A DNA stretch of 64,000 bases. Source: an uncultured Solirubrobacterales bacterium (GTDB taxonomy: Bacteria; Actinomycetota; Thermoleophilia; Solirubrobacterales; 70-9). A program made the translations under genes and the position numbers. The notes under the pieces are model-generated. The model ran no database searches and had not been told where the DNA came from. It worked only from the letters and a program-made list of their open reading frames with translations. Position 1 is the stretch's first letter; every line of letters starts with the position of its first letter. Of this stretch, positions 36,156 to 45,488 are shown in pieces. Where the stretch lies: positions 2,731 to 66,730 of the forward strand of contig CAIZLN010000035.1 in assembly GCA_903933815.1 (NCBI GenBank), written 5' to 3'.

Positions 36156-36851
36156 ATGGAAATCTCTGACAGCAGGATTCTGGTTGCGGGTGCGACGGGG
36201 CAACTCGGGGGCCGGCTGGCACGGGCACTCAGCGCCGGAGGCGCAAAGGTTGCCGTGGCAGGTCGTGATCCTGCCCGACTCGCGGAGATCTCCGCTGAAC
36301 TCGGTGCCCCGGCGGTGGTGCTCGACTTTTCGGTTGAGGGATCACCGGCTGAGGCAGTTGCCGAGGCCGTTGCTGAGCTCGACGGCCTGGACGGCCTGGT
36401 GGTCGCCACCGGGACCGTGGTTTTCGGTCGAGCGGGAGAGGTCCCTGCCGCGATTGAGTCTGAGGTGATGGAGACCAACGCGGTCGGCCCCGTTTCGCTT
36501 ATTTCCGCCGCCCTGGGTGAGATGGGGCCCGGTGGGCTGGTGGTCGCCATTACCGGTGTAGTGGCGGAGTTTCCGACTGCTGGAATGGCTGCATATTCAG
36601 CTTCCAAGTCCGCCTTGGCGGCATACCTTGTGGCGCTCAGAAGGGAGCGGCGAAGGGACATCACTGTCATCGAGGTCAGTCCCGGTCACATGGAAACGGG
36701 TTTCGCCAGCCGCGCCCTTTCCGGAGAGCCTCCGGCAATGCCGGAGGCAGCTGACCCGGATGAGCTCGTGGCGACGGTGGTTGACGCGATTGAATCCGGC
36801 AGGCGTGAGGTCCGCTGGGACACAAAGGAACGCGTTCTGCGCAGCAAATGA
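36156..36851 (+). CDS. Short-chain dehydrogenase/reductase
   Basis: ILVAGATGQLGGRLA cofactor motif and YSASKSAL catalytic YxxxK. It is the 3' part of a 393-aa track ORF whose 5' part is antisense to dinB. Confidence 0.75.
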   Translation: MEISDSRILVAGATGQLGGRLARALSAGGAKVAVAGRDPARLAEISAELGAPAVVLDFSVEGSPAEAVAEAVAELDGLDGLVVATGTVVFGRAGEVPAAIESEVMETNAVGPVSLISAALGEMGPGGLVVAITGVVAEFPTAGMAAYSASKSALAAYLVALRRERRRDITVIEVSPGHMETGFASRALSGEPPAMPEAADPDELVATVVDAIESGRREVRWDTKERVLRSK

Positions 36852-37291
36852 CCGTCGTCCTGCTGGCGAATGCCGCTTCAACCCTTTTCATGCTCGGCCT
36901 GACCTGGTTCGTCCAGGTGGTGCACTACCCGCTGTTCCCGTTTGTGGGCAGGGATGAGTTCATCGGCTACCACACACGACACTCAAGGCTGACCACCTGG
37001 GTGGTGCTTCCTCCGATGACGGTAGAGCTGGCGAGCTCGGTCCTGCTGGCTGTTCGCCCCCCATCGGGTGAAGCCGGCCTCGCTCTCATCGGTGCGCTTC
37101 TGGCCGTGTCGATCTGGGCCCTGACCGCGCTTGCCGCAGCACCGGCCCATGGCCGGATCGGACGCATCGGGCTGGACGAAAGCTCGCTTCGCTCACTGAT
37201 CCGGATCAGCTGGGTACGCACCGCCGCCTGGACGGCCCACGCAGTGGTCGTGGTGCTCCTGCTCGGGGCAGCAATCTCCGGCGGGATCTGA
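36848..37291 (+). CDS. Hypothetical 4-TM membrane protein (DUF1772-like?)
   Basis: 147-aa ORF with an ATGA overlap with the SDR stop and four hydrophobic helices. The family guess is weak. Confidence 0.55.
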   Translation: MTVVLLANAASTLFMLGLTWFVQVVHYPLFPFVGRDEFIGYHTRHSRLTTWVVLPPMTVELASSVLLAVRPPSGEAGLALIGALLAVSIWALTALAAAPAHGRIGRIGLDESSLRSLIRISWVRTAAWTAHAVVVVLLLGAAISGGI

Positions 37292-37330
37292 TTTCCGGCC
37301 AACCGGCCGGGGCTGCGCTAGCCTGACCGC

Positions 37331-38302
37331 GTGGCTGAAACGGCAGAGAATCCTGGACGCTCAGCCGTCCTGCACTCGACCATGAGCGTGCCGACTGCCT
37401 CGCCCGATGAGCTGGTCGGGGAACTCAGATCCAGCCTTGTGGGAAAGACATTTGACGTCGTGGAGGAAGTCGTGGTCCTCGAGGACGGTGTCGCGGTCGG
37501 CCTGGTCACGCTGGAGAGCCTGCTGGCTTGCAGGGACGGGCAGCAGGTGCGGGACATCATGGACCCGGACCCTCCGACGGTCGCTGAAGGCACCGATCAG
37601 GAGCTGGTGGCCCACCGGATGGTTGAGCACGGAGGGGGATGCGTGGTCGTAGTCGGTTCAGAAATGCAGTTTCGGGGCCTGATCTGCTCGGAGCGCATGC
37701 TCGCCGTGCTGCTCGCCGAGCACGAACAGGACCTGGCAAGGATCGGCGGTTACGTAGCCAGCTCTGCCCGGTCGAGGGGTGCCGCAGAGGAGCCGGTGGG
37801 GCGTCGCCTCTGGCACCGCCTTCCGTGGCTTGTGGTGGGGTTGCTCGGGGCGATGGTTTCGGCCCTGATCATGGGCGCCTTCGAGGCCACACTCGAGTCG
37901 AATGTACTGGTGGCCCTCTTCGTCCCGGCGATCGTCTACATGGCCGGCGCGGTTGGTGCCCAGACCCAGACGGTGCTGATCCGCGCATTTGCGATCGGGG
38001 TTACGACCCGGGAGGTCCTCGTGCGCGAGTTGATCACCGGCATCCTGATGGGCCTGTTCATCGGTGCTACCTTTCTCGGCTTTGCCGCCCTGGTCTGGGG
38101 GGACATCAACGTCGCTCTGGCGGTGTCGGTGGCGCTGTTTGCGAGCGCCGCGGTCGCTGTTGCCGTGGCGCTGGCCCTGCCCTCGTTTTTTCAGAGGCTT
38201 GGACTCGATCCGGCCTTTGGCTCGGGACCTCTGGCCACCCTGATTCAGGACTTGCTCTCGATCGGCACCTACTTCGCGGCCGTGATAATTCTCGTTCCCT
38301 GA
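37331..38302 (+). CDS. mgtE: Magnesium transporter MgtE (short form: CBS pair + TM domain, no MgtE_N domain)
   Basis: RLPWLVVGLLGAMVSALIMGAFE...ALFVPAIVYMAGAVGAQT...DPAFGSGPLATLIQDLLS are MgtE TM-domain motifs. Only about 150 aa precede them. Confidence 0.8.
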   Translation: MAETAENPGRSAVLHSTMSVPTASPDELVGELRSSLVGKTFDVVEEVVVLEDGVAVGLVTLESLLACRDGQQVRDIMDPDPPTVAEGTDQELVAHRMVEHGGGCVVVVGSEMQFRGLICSERMLAVLLAEHEQDLARIGGYVASSARSRGAAEEPVGRRLWHRLPWLVVGLLGAMVSALIMGAFEATLESNVLVALFVPAIVYMAGAVGAQTQTVLIRAFAIGVTTREVLVRELITGILMGLFIGATFLGFAALVWGDINVALAVSVALFASAAVAVAVALALPSFFQRLGLDPAFGSGPLATLIQDLLSIGTYFAAVIILVP

Positions 38303-38314
38303 GAGGATCTACCG

Positions 38315-40453
38315 ATGGTCGACGGTGTCGATTTCGACGTGGCAGTGGTCGGCAGCGGTTTCGGCGGTGCGGTCAGCGCCCTTCGCCTTGTCGAGAAGGG
38401 ATACAGCGTGGTCGTCCTCGAGCAGGGCAGGCGGGTCGAACCGGCCGACATCCAGCGGGCCCGCCACGATATCCGGGCCCATCTCTGGGAGCCCGATCTC
38501 GGACTTCACGGCTTCTTCTGGCAGAGGGTTTTCCGGGACGTGGGAATAATCGGAGCCTCGGGGGTGGGTGGTGGCTCGATCGTCTGGGGCGCCGTCCTGC
38601 TTGAGCCGGGCGACCAGATATTCGCTGACCCCGGGTGGGGATCCGGGGAGGACGACTGGCAGGCCGCGCTGGAACCTCACTACGGCGAAGCCGGGCGTAT
38701 GCTCGGAAGGGTCCTGAACCCGTTCCAGGGTCCGATGGACGAGCATCTGCGCCAGACCGCCCAGGCCATTGGCGGCGCAGACAGTTTCGGCCCTGTCCCG
38801 CTTGCAATTTATTTCGGGCAGGAGGGCAAGACCGGGCCTGATCCCTTTTTCGACGGCGAGGGTCCGGAGCGCACCGGTTGCCGGCTTTGCGGCGGCTGCC
38901 TGAGCGGGTGTCCGTATGGATCGAAGAACACACTCGACCTGAACTACCTGTACCTGGCCGCAAAAATGGGGGCGAAGATCATCGCCGAGCGGAAGGTTGA
39001 ATCAGTCGCGCCACTGCCGGAGGGAGGGTACGAGCTGAAGTCGGTTCACCCGTGGCGCGGCGACATTGTGTACGAGCCCCTGCGTGCTCGCCGGGTGGTG
39101 CTCGCTGGTGGTGTGCTCGGCACACTCGAGTTGCTGTTCCGTTGCCGGGATGAATTCGGCACCCTTCCGCGGGTCTCGCAGAGCCTGGGCCGACGGGTCA
39201 GGACTAACTCCGAGGCGGTCAGCATCGTGCTTGACGACGATCCCGCTACCGACCTCACCCGTGGACCGGCGATCTCGACCGACTTCCATCCCGACGGCCA
39301 GACCCACATCACCCAGAACCGGTACGTCGGTGGCGGCAAGTTTCTCCGTCCGCAGGTCGGTCCGCTGGTTGACGGTGCGAGTCCGGGGCGCCGCGGCGTC
39401 GAGACCGTGTTCACCATCATCCGCCATCCGCTCAGGTTTCTGCGCACCATCACGGCACGAGGCTTTGAGGGCAGGCTGACGGCGCTGACTGTGATGCAGG
39501 ACGTGGACAGCGAGCTGAGGTTCAGGTTCGGGCGCTCACCCTTCCGGCCTTGGCGACGGGTCATCCGGTCCGAGCCGGTACCCGGAAGTGAAGCTGCGAG
39601 CTACATCCCCCTGGCCAACGAAGCCGCCCGCGAGTTCGCCGCCAGCTCTGGCGGGACCCCGCTGAATCTCATGGTCGAGAGCATCGGAGGACGCTCCTTC
39701 ACCGCGCACATTCTGGGGGGCGCGGTGATCAGTGATTCTCCCGAGGGCGGTGTCATCAACTGCGATCACGAGGTCCATGGACACCCGGGCTTGTTCGTGG
39801 CCGATGCTTCGGCGATCCCGGTGAACCTCGGGGTCAATCCGAGCCTCACCATCACCGCCATGGCAGAGCGATTCGCTTCGCGGTGGCCCGATCGTCCGGA
39901 CTCAGGCATTCCCGCGTCCGGAAGCCCGCAGGAACCTGGTGTCCCAGCCGCGGTCGGGTGGAGCCTGAACCGGCGAAATCTCGGGGACCTCCCCTCTTCT
40001 CCGGCAAGGCTGAAGAGGCTCTGGGGCGCCCTGCCGGCTCCGGCCGAGGAGGATCTGACCGGAACGCACAGGGCAATTTTTGTCGGCCCCGGGCCGGTGA
40101 AGCTGATCGCACCTTCCGGGCTCGGGCTGATCGGCCTTCCTGACTGGTTTGGCAAGCGCTTCGAGTCCGGTCCCGATGGCCTGAGAGGGGTGAACCTTCT
40201 TCGCCGGAGCGATGGGGACGATGAACTGACCGAGTACCTGGACATGGAAGCAGCGCTCGAACCCTCAGTCCTCGACGGCGCACCCGTCCTCGTCTCGACC
40301 TACGGTGCGGATGCACCACTTCCGTGGCGGTATGTCCGGGACGAATTCCGCCTGCTCGGACCAGGTCAGCTCCTCGGTCTGGCGGTACTTGACCGGCCGG
40401 TGGCCCGGCGTATCGGGATGCCATTCGTACTTGAGGCGATCGCAGCTGCCTGA
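38315..40453 (+). CDS. GMC-family FAD oxidoreductase (cholesterol-oxidase-like) with about 170-aa C-terminal extension
   Basis: DVAVVGSGFGGAVSALRLVEKGYSVVVLEQG FAD motif, HILGGAVI, PGLFVADASAIPVNLGVNPSLTI C-terminal GMC motif near residue 520, then an extra domain. Confidence 0.8.
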   Translation: MVDGVDFDVAVVGSGFGGAVSALRLVEKGYSVVVLEQGRRVEPADIQRARHDIRAHLWEPDLGLHGFFWQRVFRDVGIIGASGVGGGSIVWGAVLLEPGDQIFADPGWGSGEDDWQAALEPHYGEAGRMLGRVLNPFQGPMDEHLRQTAQAIGGADSFGPVPLAIYFGQEGKTGPDPFFDGEGPERTGCRLCGGCLSGCPYGSKNTLDLNYLYLAAKMGAKIIAERKVESVAPLPEGGYELKSVHPWRGDIVYEPLRARRVVLAGGVLGTLELLFRCRDEFGTLPRVSQSLGRRVRTNSEAVSIVLDDDPATDLTRGPAISTDFHPDGQTHITQNRYVGGGKFLRPQVGPLVDGASPGRRGVETVFTIIRHPLRFLRTITARGFEGRLTALTVMQDVDSELRFRFGRSPFRPWRRVIRSEPVPGSEAASYIPLANEAAREFAASSGGTPLNLMVESIGGRSFTAHILGGAVISDSPEGGVINCDHEVHGHPGLFVADASAIPVNLGVNPSLTITAMAERFASRWPDRPDSGIPASGSPQEPGVPAAVGWSLNRRNLGDLPSSPARLKRLWGALPAPAEEDLTGTHRAIFVGPGPVKLIAPSGLGLIGLPDWFGKRFESGPDGLRGVNLLRRSDGDDELTEYLDMEAALEPSVLDGAPVLVSTYGADAPLPWRYVRDEFRLLGPGQLLGLAVLDRPVARRIGMPFVLEAIAAA

Positions 40454-40692
40454 CCCCGGTTTACAGGGCAATCCGAAGGTAGCTTCATCAGCCTCCATAA
40501 GCAGCGCTGATCCGGTCAGGTGGAGCCAGGTAAGTCACGCGGGAGCCCCGCCGACCCCGGGCATCCGGCAGAAGCAGCACCCGCGCAACATTTGCCTTCG
40601 CTTCGGTTTATGAATTCGAGACTGGCTGCTCTGGTAGCGTCAGCAAGTGGAATCGCGTCCGGTTCGGGATCCGTGGAGAGAGGTCAGGCGTT

Positions 40693-42081
40693 GTGACTGA
40701 ATCAGCTTCAAAATGGTCAATAGGACAGAGAGGGCTCGCGAGGGCCGTAGCTGTCGTCGCTCTTGGTCTGGTCACTCTGCTGACCTGGTTCGGGGCGTCA
40801 CCGTCGGGTGCTGCTGTCGAGACCGGCTACAACCCGAAGGGGCTGCCGACCGTCGGCTGCTTCTGGACCGGACCCTTCACCGCCTCCAACCCGAAGACCA
40901 ACTCCGCATTTCCCGGGACCGAAATAACTTACTGGGGCGCCAAGTTCGTCACTCCTCCTGGCGCGGTGCTGACCCTTCGCGGCCGGTTTCCTCACGCCCG
41001 TTACTCCTCCTTCAACGCCTACGAAAACAACGGGGCCTCGGCCAGTTCGCTTACCGACCGTCAGATACGGCCCGATCGTGGCTCGACAAATCCAAGCCTT
41101 CCGGGCGCCGATCGCCGTGCTCGCAAGCGCAGTTTCACCATTAGCGTCAAGGGCGAGGGCCTGCCCGCCAGCCCTGTTCGAAACACGCTCTACGCTGAAC
41201 CAACAGCCGGAGCCCATCAGGACATTCTCTACCGCGTCTATGTGCCCGACCGGGGACGCAGTCTTTCTGGCGGAACCGGTATCCCGACCCCGGTTTTGAA
41301 ACTGGCCGACGGAACTGTCCTTCAGGGGCAGTCTCTCTGCGATGAGCTCAACTCGATTCACGACTACAGCGGAAATCTGCTCTCCCCCCAGACCTACCAG
41401 ACTCTTCTCAACTCGGCAGGCAAGGACCCGGCTACAAATCCGGCGCTTCCCCAGTTTGAGTTCACCAAGTACTTCAACCTGGTCAACGTTTTTGGCCTGT
41501 ATCGAAACGAAGCCGGCAGGCAGCAGGCCTGGGCTGCCAACCCGGCCGAAGAGGGCACCCAGTACAACAACAATGATGCCCGCTACATGATCGGGGCCTA
41601 CAGCTTCCAGTTCGGTGAAGTTCTGGCTGTCCATGGGCGCATGCCGACAACTCCGATCACTCTCAACGGCAATCGCCGGACAAAGTCGGGCCAGGTGGTC
41701 GAGTGGGACATGTGCACGATCCAGTCGCTGGTGACGACCAGAACCCATCGCTGTGTTTTCGATGAGCAGGTACCGATGCGCAGTCGAAAGCGCGACTACG
41801 TGGTCCTCGTGTCGAAGGCCGACCAGCGACCCTCCAACGCGCGGAGGCAGTGCGGAGTGGCATGGCTGCCAGCCGATCCAGAGGGCGACGGAGCCGGACG
41901 GATCGACGCCGGACAGTTGCTGACCCGCAATATCCTGCCGAGCCCCGGGTTCACCCGCTCGATCTGGAACGTGACGAGTCCCTTCAACGCTAGCGAAAAG
42001 ATGGGTGATTTCTACCCGAACGGCACCTATATGGACCGCGAGGCGTTCGAGTCAAAGGGCTGTCCTTTCAGGTGGAGGTGA
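40693..42081 (+). CDS. Hypothetical secreted protein
   Basis: 462-aa ORF, GTG start, signal peptide (VAVVALGLVTLLTWFGASPSGAA). No recognised motif. It overlaps the sulfatase gene by 10 nt. Confidence 0.55.
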   Translation: MTESASKWSIGQRGLARAVAVVALGLVTLLTWFGASPSGAAVETGYNPKGLPTVGCFWTGPFTASNPKTNSAFPGTEITYWGAKFVTPPGAVLTLRGRFPHARYSSFNAYENNGASASSLTDRQIRPDRGSTNPSLPGADRRARKRSFTISVKGEGLPASPVRNTLYAEPTAGAHQDILYRVYVPDRGRSLSGGTGIPTPVLKLADGTVLQGQSLCDELNSIHDYSGNLLSPQTYQTLLNSAGKDPATNPALPQFEFTKYFNLVNVFGLYRNEAGRQQAWAANPAEEGTQYNNNDARYMIGAYSFQFGEVLAVHGRMPTTPITLNGNRRTKSGQVVEWDMCTIQSLVTTRTHRCVFDEQVPMRSRKRDYVVLVSKADQRPSNARRQCGVAWLPADPEGDGAGRIDAGQLLTRNILPSPGFTRSIWNVTSPFNASEKMGDFYPNGTYMDREAFESKGCPFRWR

Positions 42082-43793
42082 ATCCGCCCGCGGGCTCCGG
42101 GGCGGTCAGGCCACCCAACCTGATGCTGATCATCACCGACCAGCAGCGCAAGCCCATGCATTGGCCCGAGGACCCGGCCTGGCTTGCGTCCCTGACTCCG
42201 GCTGATGCTGAAATCGCACGCACCGGGGTCAGTTTCACGGAGGCCACTGTGGCGAGCTGCATGTGTTCTCCCAGTCGGGCATCGCTGCTGACCGGTCGGT
42301 GGCCGGCCGAGCATGAAGTCACCCTGACTCTCACCCAGGGTGGCGCCCGGATCCAGCCCCGGAACGCCCCCTCTGCTTTCGCGGCCGCTCTGAGGGCGGT
42401 AGCTCGAGAGGAAATTTCCCCCGGCAAGGCCATCCGGACCCTTGCCAAGGGGGCCACCCGCAAGGCCGACGGTGGTGGGGGGGAGAAGGAACTGAACCCC
42501 GAGACGCCAAATCTGGCCCGGATCCTTGAGCGCGCCGGTTACCGGACCGTGCTCAAGGGCAAGTGGCACCTGACCCAGCCGCTCGAGGGCGATTGGGGCG
42601 ATCGGGACAGCGGCCGCCTGGCTGAGGAGTACGGCCTGCACGACTGGGAGCCCCCGGACGCCGGCGAGAACCTCGAGCCCTCGCACTTCGGAGGCGGTAG
42701 TCACTCCGGTCGCGAGAAACTCGGGTACGACGAGGACTTCGCCCGGCAGGTCGAGCGCTTTCTGGCCGACCCTCCCCCGGAGCCGTGGTGCCTGATTGCG
42801 TCGCTGGTCAACCCCCACGATGTCCTTGCCTTTCCATCGACCTATGAAGAGGGTGGCTACACCAGCGAAGACTGGGCGGACATCGAGGGAATCAACCTGC
42901 CCGCTTCGACTCACGAGAACCTCTCCAGCAAACCATCGGCCCATGCCCTGATGAGCCTCGGCCAGGCGAGCTTCATAGGTCCCGTAGGAAACGACGCCGA
43001 CAAGCTCGATTACTGTCGGTTTTATGCCCACCTGCAGCGTTTGGCTGACGAGAAGGTGGGCCGTATGGTGGACGCGCTCGGTGACCCCGACGACGACAGC
43101 TCGCTTCGCTCACGCACCGTGATCGTCAGGACATCCGACCACGGCGAGATGGGCATGTCACACGGCGGGCTTCGTCAGAAGATGTTCAACGCCTATGAAG
43201 AGACGGTCAGGGTGCCGTTGGTCGTTTCCAACCCGATCCTGTTCACCCGGCCTGCCTCGGTCGCCGCGCCGGCATCGCTCTGTGACGTCCTGCCGACGCT
43301 TGCTGCGGTCGCCGGCGTCGACTGTTCGGACGACGGGGTGCGGGGCAGGGACCTCACTCCTGTTCTGGCGCACGCTGCGACTCCCGACCCGTTGAGACTG
43401 AAGTCGGTCGGGGTCAACCTTGGCCCGGTCGCGAGCCACCCCGCACCGGCTGAGTCAGTTCAGGAATTCACTCACTTCACGTTTGACGATCACCAGTCCG
43501 GCTCGGCATACATCGATGTGCTGCCCCAGCCGAACCGGATCCGGTCGGTCAGGACTCCCGGCGCTATGTACGCGGTATACGTCGATCCGTCCGGCGTTGA
43601 GCCACCGCAGTTCGAGCTCTATGACATGAAGCGCGATCCCGATCAGATGGCGAATCTCGTCGACTGCTCAAGCGGTGAGGTGCTGAGCATCCGGGATCGT
43701 GAACTCCGTGACCGGATGCATGAAGCTCTGCTTGCCGAGATGGAGCGCTGCGGTACGACTCTTCCGGTCGGGCCTGCGGGGGGCCTGCGCTGA
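42072..43793 (+). CDS. Sulfatase (Cys-type formylglycine motif), no signal peptide seen
   Basis: NLMLIITDQQR and CMCSPSRASLLTGRWP (C-x-P-x-R), later SDHGEMG. Confidence 0.85.
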   Translation: MEVNPPAGSGAVRPPNLMLIITDQQRKPMHWPEDPAWLASLTPADAEIARTGVSFTEATVASCMCSPSRASLLTGRWPAEHEVTLTLTQGGARIQPRNAPSAFAAALRAVAREEISPGKAIRTLAKGATRKADGGGGEKELNPETPNLARILERAGYRTVLKGKWHLTQPLEGDWGDRDSGRLAEEYGLHDWEPPDAGENLEPSHFGGGSHSGREKLGYDEDFARQVERFLADPPPEPWCLIASLVNPHDVLAFPSTYEEGGYTSEDWADIEGINLPASTHENLSSKPSAHALMSLGQASFIGPVGNDADKLDYCRFYAHLQRLADEKVGRMVDALGDPDDDSSLRSRTVIVRTSDHGEMGMSHGGLRQKMFNAYEETVRVPLVVSNPILFTRPASVAAPASLCDVLPTLAAVAGVDCSDDGVRGRDLTPVLAHAATPDPLRLKSVGVNLGPVASHPAPAESVQEFTHFTFDDHQSGSAYIDVLPQPNRIRSVRTPGAMYAVYVDPSGVEPPQFELYDMKRDPDQMANLVDCSSGEVLSIRDRELRDRMHEALLAEMERCGTTLPVGPAGGLR

Positions 43794-43795
43794 GC

Positions 43796-44641
43796 ATGAG
43801 CTTCAGGCGCTTCGTCGCCATCGGTGACAGTCAGACCGAAGGAGTGGGGGACATCCCCCACCAGGACGGTCTTGACCGGGGCTGGGCAGATCGGTTTGCG
43901 GCCGGTCTGGACCGACTCGCCCCGGGCCTGCTCTACGCGAACCTGGCGATCCGGGGTCGTCGCATCGTCCCGATTCGTGATGAGCAGATGGAGGCTGCGC
44001 TCGCGCTCGAGCCTGATCTCGTCAGTGTGCTGGCTGGCGCCAACGACATGATCAGACCGGGATTTGATCCGGATTTCACCCTTGGGGTGATGGACGAGAT
44101 GCAGGCAGCATTCACAGCGGCCGGAGCGACCGTCCTGACCATCACATACCCGTGGCGGAGCGGGCATCTTCTGAGTGACCGCTCCAGGGCTTTCAATCAG
44201 GGGCTCCGCGAGGTGGCCCGAAGTAACGGTGCCCTTCTGCTTGACCTCGAAACGATCCCGGCCACGATCGACCCGCGGCTCTGGTGCCATGACCGGCTCC
44301 ACCTGAACGCGGAGGGGCACCACAGGCTTTCGCGGGCGATGCTGGCCCTGCTCGAGGGGCAAGCGAGCGGGAGGACTGAGCTGACGCTTGAGGTCGCCTC
44401 GCAGGGCGGCGTGCCCGACTGGGCCCTCGAGCTTCCGCCCCCACCCGTACTGCCCCGGGTCAAGGCTCTCCGGCAAGACCTTGGCTGGACCTTCAGATAC
44501 CTGTTGCCGTGGATCGGTCGACGGCTAACCGGAAGGTCCTCGGGCGACGGCCGCCTGGCCAAGCGTCCCGAACTCGCTCCCGCATCGGATATCGCGATCC
44601 CGCCAACCGGTGACGTCAGACAGTTCTGTCCTGGACCTTGA
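43796..44641 (+). CDS. SGNH/GDSL hydrolase
   Basis: FVAIGDSQTEGVGD (block I Ser), GANDM (block III), DRLHLNAEGH (block V D-x-x-H). Confidence 0.8.
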   Translation: MSFRRFVAIGDSQTEGVGDIPHQDGLDRGWADRFAAGLDRLAPGLLYANLAIRGRRIVPIRDEQMEAALALEPDLVSVLAGANDMIRPGFDPDFTLGVMDEMQAAFTAAGATVLTITYPWRSGHLLSDRSRAFNQGLREVARSNGALLLDLETIPATIDPRLWCHDRLHLNAEGHHRLSRAMLALLEGQASGRTELTLEVASQGGVPDWALELPPPPVLPRVKALRQDLGWTFRYLLPWIGRRLTGRSSGDGRLAKRPELAPASDIAIPPTGDVRQFCPGP

Positions 44642-44686
44642 GAAAAACGTAGCTCGCAACCCGGAGCCTGAGACAATCGGTGCGAG

Positions 44687-44995
44687 ATGACCGAATCAGG
44701 GCCAATCGTTCCCCGGGTCGCAGCCTCTGAAGGTTTCGCTTTCGCAGGCTCGAAGATCCGGCTCAGGGAGCGCCTGCTGATCGGATGGTTCGGGATCCGA
44801 GGCATCGGCTCCTTCTACTACGCTGCCGTCGCGATCAATGCCGGTGTACTGACGACGGGGGAGGTCGAGTTGATCTACTGGACGATCATTGCCTGCGTGG
44901 GGGTCTCGATCCTGACTCACGGTTTCACGGCCGGACCGGCGCTTGCGACTGTTATCGATACAGATCTGGAAAGCCTGGAGGATTACGGGGCATAG
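44687..44995 (+). pseudogene. C-terminal remnant of a CPA1-type Na+/H+ antiporter
   Basis: RERLLIGWFGIRGIGSFYYAAVAI...LIYWTIIACVGVSILTHGFTA matches only the last 2-3 TM helices of cation:proton antiporters. Only 45 nt separate it from the preceding gene, so the first roughly 300 aa are absent. Confidence 0.5.
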
Positions 44996-45011
44996 GCCCG
45001 ATTCGGTCTCG

Positions 45012-45488
45012 CTATCGCCTGGCAGGCAGCGCTGTCACCGCAGCCCACGCGGCGTCGCCCAGCGCATCCGCGTAGGAGCCGAGCGGGCGTCCGAGCCTTC
45101 CAGACAGCCAGAGCTTGGCGATCTCCTGAGTCGGGGCGAAGACGACAGCGTGAAGCAGGTTGAAGGAGACCGGCGGGATACGGCCGGCTCCCGCCTGGGA
45201 GTCGATCCACTCCTTCATCTGCGTGAACCACTCGCGGTTGCTGGCGGCCAACTGCTCACCAAGAGGACCTGCGGCAACTTCGTTGCGGTGGCGGCTGACC
45301 TTCCGGGCCCGGTCCGGATCGCTCTCGGTCCAGGACAGATGCAGCGAAACCAGCGCCTTGAGTCCTGCTTCGGGGTCGGTTGCGTTTCGGGAGAGCGCGT
45401 CCAGGCTGAGCCGCTGGTACTCCTCCAGTTCATGGATGACCTGGTGCGCCAGCTCTTCGGCTATCTGGGAGTCGCCATTGCCGCTCAT
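45012..45488 (-). CDS. Helical protein resembling a TetR-family C-terminal ligand-binding domain, without HTH
   Basis: 158-aa ORF with an ATGA overlap with the upstream hydrolase stop. The all-helical sequence begins where TetR helix 4 would. No N-terminal HTH segment is encoded. Confidence 0.4.
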   Translation of the reverse strand: MSGNGDSQIAEELAHQVIHELEEYQRLSLDALSRNATDPEAGLKALVSLHLSWTESDPDRARKVSRHRNEVAAGPLGEQLAASNREWFTQMKEWIDSQAGAGRIPPVSFNLLHAVVFAPTQEIAKLWLSGRLGRPLGSYADALGDAAWAAVTALPARR

